Part shown: positions 39,711 to 48,369 of the stretch, piece after piece | How positions within the stretch are numbered: position 1 is the stretch's first letter | Layout of the letters: the number at the start of each line of letters is the position of its first letter | Source: a virus | Lineage: Duplodnaviria > Heunggongvirae > Uroviricota > Caudoviricetes | Length of the DNA stretch: 64,000 nt | Virus record (IMG/VR): IMGVR_UViG_3300026097_000001 | Strand: one strand, 5' to 3' | Made by a program: the position numbers and the translations under genes | Notes under the pieces: model-generated | Told to the model about the DNA's origin: nothing | Database searches by the model: none | Seen by the model: the letters and a program-made list of their open reading frames with translations, nothing else

Positions 39711-40175
39711 ATGGCACGCATTACATGTAGAACCCCATCAACGGGTAAACCATTAAGAATTATACAAGCAGATGTTGCAAACACCTTTGTGACAGTTGCA
39801 GAAGCACCGGACTTTTCAGTTCCTGATGCATCAAACAAGTTTCCGGATCGCGATCCAACGGATGACACGCGCGCAATCAGACCAGGAGAGATATTCTTTC
39901 TTACTCCGATTGCAGCAAAGAATAAGGATACGGTAACAAGATTTATAGAAATAATCTATGTAACTGAAAACGACGAGACGATAGAAGTTGCAAAGGTTGA
40001 TATACCTGCCGGTGATACGGCGCTAGTTCCATTGCAAGGTAGAAGTCTACTAAAGAGAACGGCAAATACCGTCTCCGGTGATACTCTACAGATAAAAGCA
40101 GAAGTAGAAAACGTTATTGATATTTGGGTTTCAGCTGAAGAGAAAACATCGAACGAACACGTTGGAGTTGAATAA
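39711..40175 (+). CDS. Small structural protein, cassette B gene 2
   Basis: Paralog of 20568-20987 (E.P..SVP, TP...AN/KN, P..G......GD.L..KA). Confidence 0.55.
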   Translation: MARITCRTPSTGKPLRIIQADVANTFVTVAEAPDFSVPDASNKFPDRDPTDDTRAIRPGEIFFLTPIAAKNKDTVTRFIEIIYVTENDETIEVAKVDIPAGDTALVPLQGRSLLKRTANTVSGDTLQIKAEVENVIDIWVSAEEKTSNEHVGVE

Positions 40176-40177
40176 AA

Positions 40178-42142
40178 ATGGTTAGATTTATATCCGATTC
40201 TACCGTATCGGGTAGAATAACAAAAACTCCGTCCGATGAGGTATCTGAAGAAAGATATGAGTTTATTACTTTATCTGAAACAGAACCAGATCTCGGTGTA
40301 CCTAATGCGAATGGTTACATACTTACATCTGATGAAGATGGTACACGTAATTGGATAGACGGAAGTACTATCTTTGGACCTCAAGGTATCCAGGGTATCC
40401 AAGGTATTCAGGGTCTTCTTGGTGTTCAGGGTGCACAAGGTCTCCAAGGTACAAAGGGCGATCCATTTAAAGTTTTAGGATCCGTTCCTGATGTTAATGT
40501 AGATCCACCGAACGATCCTCAGGCCACACTCACGGCTGCGTTTCCTACTCCTTCTCTCGCAGACGGTGTAATTGACGAAGCAACCACAGATCTCTGGGTT
40601 TGGAATGGAACTGATTGGATTAACACCGGAGACATCGTTGGCCCTCAAGGTATCCAAGGTATTCAAGGTATATCTATACAAGGTACACAGGGTATTACCG
40701 GTGAGCAAGGCGTCCAAGGGATACAAGGTATTGACGGCGCACAGGGTGCTCAAGGTAGCCAGGGTATTCAAGGTATCACTGGAACTGGTGCTCAAGGTAT
40801 CCAAGGTACTGACGGAACTGGTAATCAGGGTATTCAAGGTGTCCAAGGTATCACTGGAGAACAGGGTATTCAAGGTATCACTGGTGAGCAAGGTGTTCAA
40901 GGTACTGCTATTCAAGGTACGACTGGCGAACAAGGTATTCAGGGTATTACTGGAGAACAAGGCGTTCAAGGTATTACTGGTGCCGGAGAACAGGGTATTC
41001 AGGGTATTACTGGCGAACAGGGTATTCAGGGTACTGACGGAACTGGTAATCAAGGTATCCAAGGTATTCAAGGTATACAAGGTATTACTGGAGAGCAGGG
41101 TGTTCAGGGTATTCAAGGTACTGCTATCCAAGGTACAACGGGTGAGCAAGGTATCCAAGGTATAACTGGTGAACAGGGTATTCAGGGTACTGACGGAACT
41201 GGTAACCAGGGTATTCAAGGTATCCAAGGTATCACTGGTGCTCAAGGCATTACTGGTGAACAAGGTATTCAAGGTACTGATGGAACTGGTAACCAGGGTA
41301 TTCAAGGACCTCAAGGTACGCAGGGTATAACTGGTGAACAAGGTATTCAGGGTACCGACGGAACTGGTAACCAGGGTATTCAAGGACCTCAGGGTCCTCA
41401 AGGTATTACGGGCGCCGATGGTGTTGATGGTGGAACTGGTGCCCAAGGTGTTCAAGGTACAGTTGGGCCGCAAGGTATCCAAGGTATTACTGGTGCTGAT
41501 GGTGCAAACGGTGGAACTGGTGCCCAAGGTATTCAGGGTACGACTGGCGCTCAAGGTGTACAAGGTGTTCAGGGTATCCAAGGTATTACCGGAGAACAGG
41601 GCATTCAAGGTATAACTGGTGCTCAAGGTATACAAGGTATTACTGGAGAGCAGGGTGTACAGGGTATCAACGGTGGCCAAGGTATCCAGGGTATTCAAGG
41701 ACCTGAGTCGGCAAGTGCTTCAGCAACTGAACTACAAGCAACAAACGACACTACAACTGATGCCGATTTCTACCCAGTGTTCGTAGCTGCAACTGGATCG
41801 GTTCAAACGGTAACATCAACCGCCTCTAAACTATACTTTAACCCATCATCTGGAGAGCTATCAGCAACGAGCTTCAATTCACTATCAGATGCTACAGTTA
41901 AAGAAAATGTTCAATCGATCGAGGATAGCTTCTCAATGCTTGACAAGATTGATACATATAAGTTTAATTGGAAAGACACAAAAGAACTAAGCTACGGTGT
42001 TATGGCTCAAGAACTTGAAAAAGTAATGCCAGAATTGGTAAGAAAGAACGGAAAAGGACAAAGAACAGTTTCTTATATTCCGTTAATCGCAATCATGATC
42101 GACGCGATAAATAAACTAAAGGAAGAAGTTGACAAAAAATAA
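40178..42142 (+). CDS. Collagen-like tail fibre with a C-terminal S74 chaperone, cassette B gene 3
   Basis: About 140 Gly-X-Y triplets (mostly GIQ/GIT/GEQ); NSLSDATVKEN...YGVMAQELE...VSY at the C-terminus. Confidence 0.85.
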   Translation: MVRFISDSTVSGRITKTPSDEVSEERYEFITLSETEPDLGVPNANGYILTSDEDGTRNWIDGSTIFGPQGIQGIQGIQGLLGVQGAQGLQGTKGDPFKVLGSVPDVNVDPPNDPQATLTAAFPTPSLADGVIDEATTDLWVWNGTDWINTGDIVGPQGIQGIQGISIQGTQGITGEQGVQGIQGIDGAQGAQGSQGIQGITGTGAQGIQGTDGTGNQGIQGVQGITGEQGIQGITGEQGVQGTAIQGTTGEQGIQGITGEQGVQGITGAGEQGIQGITGEQGIQGTDGTGNQGIQGIQGIQGITGEQGVQGIQGTAIQGTTGEQGIQGITGEQGIQGTDGTGNQGIQGIQGITGAQGITGEQGIQGTDGTGNQGIQGPQGTQGITGEQGIQGTDGTGNQGIQGPQGPQGITGADGVDGGTGAQGVQGTVGPQGIQGITGADGANGGTGAQGIQGTTGAQGVQGVQGIQGITGEQGIQGITGAQGIQGITGEQGVQGINGGQGIQGIQGPESASASATELQATNDTTTDADFYPVFVAATGSVQTVTSTASKLYFNPSSGELSATSFNSLSDATVKENVQSIEDSFSMLDKIDTYKFNWKDTKELSYGVMAQELEKVMPELVRKNGKGQRTVSYIPLIAIMIDAINKLKEEVDKK

Positions 42143-42177
42143 GTCACTTCTAGTTTTATGATGGAGTGAAATATATT

Positions 42178-43248
42178 ATGAGTTTTTTCGAAAACACTAA
42201 AGACGGACAACAGGTTGAAAGTACATACCAATACGGTAATAATGATAGCTTAGCAAGAAACGTTTTAAATGATGGGGGTGACATACACCCCCTCATTATC
42301 CCTTCTAATCTTACAAACGGTACAGGTTTAATGAACCCGTCTATATTAAATATAGACGGTAAACTTGTTGTAAATATAAGACATGTAAACTATACGTTTT
42401 ACCATTCAGAAAGAAAACTGTTTCAGCATCCATGGGGCCCGCTTACGTATCTTCATCCTGAGAACGATATGCACTTGCGAACAGAAAACTATTACTGTGA
42501 GCTAAATGATTCCTTTGAGATATCTCGATTTAATAAGATCGACACGAGTAAGTTCGATACATATGAACCTATGTGGGATTTCGTTGGCCTTGAGGATGCT
42601 CGTCTAATTGAATGGAACGGAAAACTATTTACATCCGGTGTTCGACGTGATACAACTACAAACGGTCAAGGAAGGATGGAACTCTGTGAAATTGAAGTAC
42701 GTGATGATAGCGTAGTTGAGGTTTCAAGATGGAGAATTCATCCGCCAAAAGATAAGAACTCATATTGTGAAAAGAACTGGATGCCAGTTGCGGATCGTCC
42801 GTTTGAATATGTAAAGTGGTGTAACCCAGTCGAGGTTGTAAAAGTTGCGGAAACACCAACCGACGATAAAGTATTCGAGTCAAATTGGGTTGAGTCTGAA
42901 ACGGTACACTTACAGGCATCTGGTAACTTTTTAAGTAAGGATCCTCGCGGTGGATCGCAGGTAATACCGGTAGGAGACAACTACCTAACACTTACTCACG
43001 ATGTTGATCTATTTAAGAGCGAGGTTGGTCGAAAGGACGGTGTATATCGTCACCGCTTTATTCTATTCGATAAGGATTGGAATATCATTAAGTATTCAAA
43101 AGACTTCTCACTTATGAACGGCCATACCGAGTTTGCAGCTGGTATGTGTCATTATAAAGATAAGATACTTATTACATTTGGTTTCCAAGATAATGCTGCT
43201 TTTGTATTAGAAGTAAATCCAAAAACAATTGAAAAGATGTTAGGTTGA
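42178..43248 (+). CDS. Putative glycoside hydrolase-like five-bladed propeller protein
   Basis: NPSI, GLEDARL, EKNWMP, RGGSQ, EFA.G motifs recall GH43/GH130-like folds. Start could be GTG 42166 or ATG 42178. Confidence 0.55.
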   Translation: MSFFENTKDGQQVESTYQYGNNDSLARNVLNDGGDIHPLIIPSNLTNGTGLMNPSILNIDGKLVVNIRHVNYTFYHSERKLFQHPWGPLTYLHPENDMHLRTENYYCELNDSFEISRFNKIDTSKFDTYEPMWDFVGLEDARLIEWNGKLFTSGVRRDTTTNGQGRMELCEIEVRDDSVVEVSRWRIHPPKDKNSYCEKNWMPVADRPFEYVKWCNPVEVVKVAETPTDDKVFESNWVESETVHLQASGNFLSKDPRGGSQVIPVGDNYLTLTHDVDLFKSEVGRKDGVYRHRFILFDKDWNIIKYSKDFSLMNGHTEFAAGMCHYKDKILITFGFQDNAAFVLEVNPKTIEKMLG

Positions 43249-43262
43249 GAGGAAACAATATC

Positions 43263-45125
43263 ATGAATAGAACTGACATTATACAAACTCTCATAAACCA
43301 TGTAAAGGCAAAAAGCTATCTTGAGATAGGAATATCAGCCGGTGATAATTGGGAAAAAATACGTTGCGAAAACAAAGTAAGTGTTGATCCAGAACCACTT
43401 GCGAAGGCAGATATTGTTTTAACATCAGACGAATTCTTTAAACAAAATAAAGAAACGTTTGATGTTATATTCGTAGATGGTCTTCACCACGCAGACCAAG
43501 TATATCGCGACATCACAAATGCTCTCGATGTTTTAAACGAAGGTGGTTACATCGTATGTCACGATATGAACCCTTTAAAGAAAGAACATCAGGTTATACC
43601 TTTTAACGGTGGCACCTGGAACGGCGACTGTTGGAAAGCGTTTGTTGAATTGAGAAAGGATCGTGAAGATCTTGAAATGTACACAGTGGATACAGATCAT
43701 GGCTGTGGTGTTATTCGTAGAGGTACACAAAAAACCATTGACATTCAATATCCAATGGATAAATTAGAGTTTGAAGACTTTAACGAAAATAGAGCTGAAT
43801 GGTTAAATCTTATTAATCCTGAAAAGTTTAGAAAAATGTTTGGTCTTAATGATCTAAAAACTCTAGTTAAAACATATATCATGGATCCAAACAACCCAGA
43901 GAATAACTGGGCATTGGCTCTACGATATGATGGTTTAGGTCAACTTGCGTCTGCTGTTTCATTTTACATCCGAACGGCTGAAAGAACTGATGACGATCTA
44001 CTTAAATATGAATGTCTTATTCGTGCTGCGATGTGTTTTGAGAAACAAGGTACGCGCAGATTTACAGTAAAGGGTATCATACAACACGCGATCGCAACTC
44101 AGCCTCATCGCCCAGAAGGATACTATCTACTCAGCCGGTTCTACGAGAATGACCCTGGAGACGGTAAATGGTTTGACTCGTATACCACCGCATCGATTGG
44201 CTACTCCTTTGCAGACGACGTTCTAGAGCCTCTCAGGACAGAAGTGGATTATCCTGGTAAACACGCGCTGCTGTTCCAAAAAGCTCATACTGCCTGGTGG
44301 TGTGGACTTGGTGAAGATTGCAGAAGTATACTAATGGATCTTTACACAAACTATGATCTGAAAGAAGAGTATCGCAATGCCGTATATGAAAACTTGTCAA
44401 GATTAGGTGCATTCCAATCAAAGAGCCTTACACTATATACAAAAGACAAACATAACGAGCTTGCAAACCAATTTGGTGGTTCTGAAAACATCGAACAGAA
44501 CTATTCGGAAGCGTATCAAGATATGTTTGTCCTTACTCTATTCGGTGGTAAAAAGAATGGCAGTTATGTTGAAATTGGATCTGGACATCCGACGTATGGA
44601 AACAACACGTACCTCTTGGAAAAAGACTACGGATGGAATGGAGTATCCCTTGATATTAGTGAACAGTTCGTTGCTCAGCATAATCAAGAAAGAAAACATA
44701 CCTGTCTTCTCAAAGATGCAACTACGGTGAATTATGAGCCGTTCCTCAGTGGTCTTGGTTTTGGCAAGGATATCGACTACCTTCAGATCGACTGCGATCC
44801 ACCTGAAATAAGTTATAAGGTTCTACTTTCAATTCCATTTGATACAAGACGATTTGGTGTAATTACATTTGAGCACGACCATTATGCAGATCCAAACGGT
44901 GGTTATCGTGAAAAGGCTCGTAAGTACCTTGCAGCCTACGGTTATCAGTTGGTCGCAGGTAACATATCACCGGATAAAGATAGACCATACGAAGACTGGT
45001 ACGTACACCCCGACATTATAAATATCGATATGTTTGGAGCCTTAAAGAATACTGGTGATTCTACAAAAATGGCTGAAGATTATATGATGGGCAGAACTAC
45101 ACGTGACAAAGCAAAAGCAGCTTAA
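43263..45125 (+). CDS. Methyltransferase-TPR-methyltransferase (FkbM-like) fusion
   Basis: N-terminal YLEIG...FDVIFVDGLH; central TPR-like helices (P.RPEGYYLL); C-terminal YVEIGSG.P..GNNT...IDYLQIDCD...ITFEHD. Confidence 0.72.
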   Translation: MNRTDIIQTLINHVKAKSYLEIGISAGDNWEKIRCENKVSVDPEPLAKADIVLTSDEFFKQNKETFDVIFVDGLHHADQVYRDITNALDVLNEGGYIVCHDMNPLKKEHQVIPFNGGTWNGDCWKAFVELRKDREDLEMYTVDTDHGCGVIRRGTQKTIDIQYPMDKLEFEDFNENRAEWLNLINPEKFRKMFGLNDLKTLVKTYIMDPNNPENNWALALRYDGLGQLASAVSFYIRTAERTDDDLLKYECLIRAAMCFEKQGTRRFTVKGIIQHAIATQPHRPEGYYLLSRFYENDPGDGKWFDSYTTASIGYSFADDVLEPLRTEVDYPGKHALLFQKAHTAWWCGLGEDCRSILMDLYTNYDLKEEYRNAVYENLSRLGAFQSKSLTLYTKDKHNELANQFGGSENIEQNYSEAYQDMFVLTLFGGKKNGSYVEIGSGHPTYGNNTYLLEKDYGWNGVSLDISEQFVAQHNQERKHTCLLKDATTVNYEPFLSGLGFGKDIDYLQIDCDPPEISYKVLLSIPFDTRRFGVITFEHDHYADPNGGYREKARKYLAAYGYQLVAGNISPDKDRPYEDWYVHPDIINIDMFGALKNTGDSTKMAEDYMMGRTTRDKAKAA

Positions 45126-46668
45126 AAACTTTCCAACAGTATACTATCTTTCTTTAAAAGATTCCTTAGAGCGGCAGCGTGACCTCGAGTCGCAGCTGTC
45201 CTCGAGAGGAGTATCCTATCAGATGGTGGAAGGATATGATGGAAGAACCGTTGATATTCGAGACCAATTGAACATAACCGGTCCACACCTAAACCCAGAA
45301 GGTATTTCATCGGAAGTACTCTCGGTTGCCGTTTCACATTTACATATGATATATCGTTGGTATACAGAGACCGATGAAGAGATTGGTTTCTTTTGTGAGG
45401 ACGATATTAATTTTTCTCTTGTAGATCATTGGAACTTTGACATTGATGAATTTGTAGAGCGTTTGCCAAACGACTGGCAAGTTATGCAGATGTCACTTAT
45501 TAAGGAAGATCCTGTTAATTACAGTGACATGAGAATAAGAAGAAAGCGATGGAACGATTGGTCCTGTTGCGCGTATATGATGCGCCGAGAATATGCAAAG
45601 GAAATACTCGACGATTTTTACGACGAGGAAACGAATACATATAACCTCAAGATCAAGGAAACAAAACATTTTCCTTTGCCTGAGAACGTAATCTATCCTT
45701 ATAACTATAAAAGATGTTATGTGTTTCCGTTCTTTACAGAGAACAGAGTACACGACTCGACATTAATTAGACAAGACAATAAAGACAGCATAGATACCAT
45801 TCAGGACCAGAGCAGCAAGTTTATAACTGATTGGTGGCAAGAAAATGGAAAAGATATTAATATAAAGGAGTTGGTGAATATGGTAGATAAAATTCCAGTC
45901 ATAGGAGCGCCGGTTGTAAATAGTACATATTGGATCTCAAGACTTATTATGAGCGTTGATTATCCGGTTGAAAACTTCGTGATCATTAACAACAACGGTC
46001 GTGGGGAACTCGATGAGGAGCTCGATCGCTTAGTTAAGATAGATCACAAGTTCATTGATAACATCAAGGTAGTACATATGCCGGCTAACGTTGGCTGCGC
46101 AGGAGCTTGGAACCTTATTATTAAATGTTACATGTTGGCGCCGTATTGGATTATCGCAAACGATGACGTTGCATTCGGTCCTGGGTTGTTGGCTGAGATG
46201 GTTGAGAGAGTAAACGGTGACCCGGTCGTAGGTATGATACATCCGAACGCAGGAGACTTTGGAGTTGGCGCATGGGATCTATTCCTTATTCGTGAGAACG
46301 TTGTCAAGGTATTTGGATTGTTCGATGAGAATACATATCCTGCATACTGTGAAGATGCCGACTACATTATGAGAATGTCACACCGTCCTATTCGAAAGAT
46401 CGTTGGTCTAGAGAATAAATATATGCATGGACATGGTGATAGTACAATGTACTATGAGACCGGTAGCCAGACAGAAAAGAATGAAGAAGGTCTTAAAGAA
46501 AAACTGGATCATTCGAATAATTTAAATATCGAGTATCTTACACGCAAGTGGGGCGTAGGTTGGAGAAAGTTATCTCCGAATAAAGAAGTATTTGAAGGAG
46601 AAGAAACTCCTATCTCAACTACTACGTACGATTTAGATTTTGTTAGACAAAAACATTTAGGTTTCTAA
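45103..46668 (+). CDS. Two-domain glycosyltransferase (GT25-like plus GT2-like)
   Basis: N-terminal VYYLSL....ER, VEGYDG, VSHL, CEDD; C-terminal IINN.G, NVGCAGAWN, IANDDV, FDEN.YPAYCEDADY. Confidence 0.72.
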   Translation: MTKQKQLKNFPTVYYLSLKDSLERQRDLESQLSSRGVSYQMVEGYDGRTVDIRDQLNITGPHLNPEGISSEVLSVAVSHLHMIYRWYTETDEEIGFFCEDDINFSLVDHWNFDIDEFVERLPNDWQVMQMSLIKEDPVNYSDMRIRRKRWNDWSCCAYMMRREYAKEILDDFYDEETNTYNLKIKETKHFPLPENVIYPYNYKRCYVFPFFTENRVHDSTLIRQDNKDSIDTIQDQSSKFITDWWQENGKDINIKELVNMVDKIPVIGAPVVNSTYWISRLIMSVDYPVENFVIINNNGRGELDEELDRLVKIDHKFIDNIKVVHMPANVGCAGAWNLIIKCYMLAPYWIIANDDVAFGPGLLAEMVERVNGDPVVGMIHPNAGDFGVGAWDLFLIRENVVKVFGLFDENTYPAYCEDADYIMRMSHRPIRKIVGLENKYMHGHGDSTMYYETGSQTEKNEEGLKEKLDHSNNLNIEYLTRKWGVGWRKLSPNKEVFEGEETPISTTTYDLDFVRQKHLGF

Positions 46669-46669
46669 T

Positions 46670-47398
46670 ATGAAAAATTGGATTATACAAGAAGAAGAAC
46701 ATTTTCATGAAGAGGTGGTTGAAGAAGCCGTTCAGCCGCAAGAAGATGAGATTGTTCACGAGGAAGAACAGAATCCGGTATATATGATAAACCCGGATCT
46801 TCAGGCAAACAAAAGAGCGTTTGTAGTTGATAACTTTTACGCGGATCCTTATGCAATGCGTGACTATGCATTGCAGCAGGAATACTTTGATGATCCTGGT
46901 TATATCGGAAGAAGAACGAGAACGCAGCACCTGTTTCCTGGTCTTAAAGAAACTTTCGAGAGCATCATCGGCGAAAGGATTAGCGAGTGGGAAACCTATG
47001 GAATGAACGGTAGGTTTCAACACAACTTTGCTGGCGAAAAGTTAGTATATCACTGTGACCAACAGAAGTGGGCAGCTATGATATATCTAACACCAGATGC
47101 TCCACCTCAGACTGGTACGAGTACTTATGTGCACCGAGAAACAAAAGTACACCATAACTCTCAGATCAATTGGGAAGACGGCACAGGCGCAAAGGTATTT
47201 CCTGGAAAAACGTTCCTTGATAAGACTCCATTTGATACTGTTGACTCATTTGGGAATATCTTTAATCGTTTGGTTATATTCGAAGGTGGATCAATTCACG
47301 CTGCTTCAGAGTACTTTGGTAGCGATATACACGACTGTAGATTATGGCAAATGTTCTTTTTCGATGGGGAAGAATCAAGAATACATTTAGGAGATTGA
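46670..47398 (+). CDS. 2OG-Fe(II) oxygenase-like protein (DUF6445-like)
   Basis: VVDNFY.DP, YHCD (HxD), WAAMIYLTP, GTS.Y, FNRLVIF....IHA, R..Q.FF. Confidence 0.72.
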   Translation: MKNWIIQEEEHFHEEVVEEAVQPQEDEIVHEEEQNPVYMINPDLQANKRAFVVDNFYADPYAMRDYALQQEYFDDPGYIGRRTRTQHLFPGLKETFESIIGERISEWETYGMNGRFQHNFAGEKLVYHCDQQKWAAMIYLTPDAPPQTGTSTYVHRETKVHHNSQINWEDGTGAKVFPGKTFLDKTPFDTVDSFGNIFNRLVIFEGGSIHAASEYFGSDIHDCRLWQMFFFDGEESRIHLGD

Positions 47399-47400
47399 TA

Positions 47401-48159
47401 ATGAAAGTTGTTTTAGTTTCTGGCGGATTTGACCCAATTCATTCTGGTCATATTGCATACTTTAACGAGGCAAAGAAGCTGGGTGATATCCTAGTCGTAG
47501 GTGTAAACAGTAACGAATGGTTGACTCGCAAGAAGGGTCAGCCGTTCATGGATATAAACGAAAGGGTTGAGATCGTAAAGAACCTTTCGGTAGTCGATAC
47601 GGTTATGGTTTTTGACGATAGTGACGGTGGCGCAAGTCAGGCAATTCGTAACTGTTTAGTTATGTATCCGGACTCTGAGATCATCTTTGCAAACGGTGGA
47701 GACAGAACAGATGATAATATTCCAGAGATGAAGATCGACGATCCAAGATTATCTTTTGTATTTGGAGTAGGCGGAGTTCACAAGATGAACTCCAGCAGTA
47801 AGATACTTACCGAATGGAAAACTCCAAAAACAGAAAGGAAATGGGGATACTATCGTGTACTTCATTCAGACGGTCCTTCCACAAAAGCAAAGGAACTCGT
47901 TGTTTCTCCAGGTAAGTCTTTGAGTCTTCAGAGACACGAGTCACGTAGTGAATATTGGCTCGTAAGTTACGGAGTTGCGACAGTTAATCATGGAAATGAT
48001 CTTGATAATATTCAAACTTCAATACTTGAAAAGCACGATGAGATTGATATTCCTGTAGGTACTTGGCACCAGCTTATAAATAATACAGATGATGAAGTAC
48101 GGATCGTAGAGATCCAGTACGGAACAAATTGTATTGAAGAGGATATCGAGCGCGTCTAG
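47401..48159 (+). CDS. Cytidylyl/nucleotidyltransferase fused to a cupin (mannose-6-phosphate isomerase type II-like C-terminal domain)
   Basis: SGGFDPIHSGH HIGH-like motif, RKKG, ANGGDR; C-terminal WG.Y.VL...PG.SLSLQ.H..RSEYW, WHQL. ATG at 47401. Confidence 0.8.
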   Translation: MKVVLVSGGFDPIHSGHIAYFNEAKKLGDILVVGVNSNEWLTRKKGQPFMDINERVEIVKNLSVVDTVMVFDDSDGGASQAIRNCLVMYPDSEIIFANGGDRTDDNIPEMKIDDPRLSFVFGVGGVHKMNSSSKILTEWKTPKTERKWGYYRVLHSDGPSTKAKELVVSPGKSLSLQRHESRSEYWLVSYGVATVNHGNDLDNIQTSILEKHDEIDIPVGTWHQLINNTDDEVRIVEIQYGTNCIEEDIERV

Positions 48160-48188
48160 ATACCATAGCTCCCAGAATTGATAATTCT

Positions 48189-48216
48189 ATTATACTCATT
48201 GTTGAAGAAATGTCAA
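48189..48216 (-). promoter_or_regulatory. Consensus sigma70-type promoter, copy 1 (leftward)
   Basis: Minus strand TTGACA (48216-48211), 16 nt, TATAAT (48194-48189). Confidence 0.65.
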
Positions 48217-48282
48217 TGGAAAAGTAGTGCAGTCTTGAATTTAGTTTATTCTAATACCACAACTCCCAGAATTAATAATTCT

Positions 48283-48310
48283 ATTATATCTACAAATTAC
48301 ATAATGTCAA
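48283..48310 (-). promoter_or_regulatory. Consensus sigma70-type promoter, copy 2 (leftward)
   Basis: Minus strand TTGACA (48310-48305), 16 nt, TATAAT (48288-48283). Confidence 0.65.
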
Positions 48311-48337
48311 TAGAAAAAATCACAATAGCTCTCTTTT

Positions 48338-48345
48338 TATAAATA
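48338..48345 (+). promoter_or_regulatory. T4-type late promoter for the neck operon
   Basis: Exact TATAAATA upstream of gp13. Confidence 0.8.
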
Positions 48346-48369
48346 GAAACAAAAATAGGGTAAACTTAC

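Larger units (their letters stand above)
48160..48317. repeat. Imperfect 64-bp direct repeat, two copies 94 bp apart (48160-48223 and 48254-48317)
   Basis: ATACCA.A.CTCCCAGAATT.ATAATTCTATTATA...AATGTCAAT.GAAAA occurs twice. Confidence 0.88.

Noticed and set aside
40475-41698. 407-aa minus-strand ORF, and other alternate-frame ORFs over both collagen genes (e.g. 21205-22969, 40572-41615)
   Set aside because: These are low-complexity shadows of the GIQ codon repeat, which lacks stops in other frames. They have no RBS or promoter support.
48070-48166. Short minus-strand ORF downstream of antisense promoter copy 1
   Set aside because: It is only about 31 codons, GGGAG lies just 2 nt from the ATG, it overlaps a + strand gene, and the equivalent frame in copy 2 stops after four codons.
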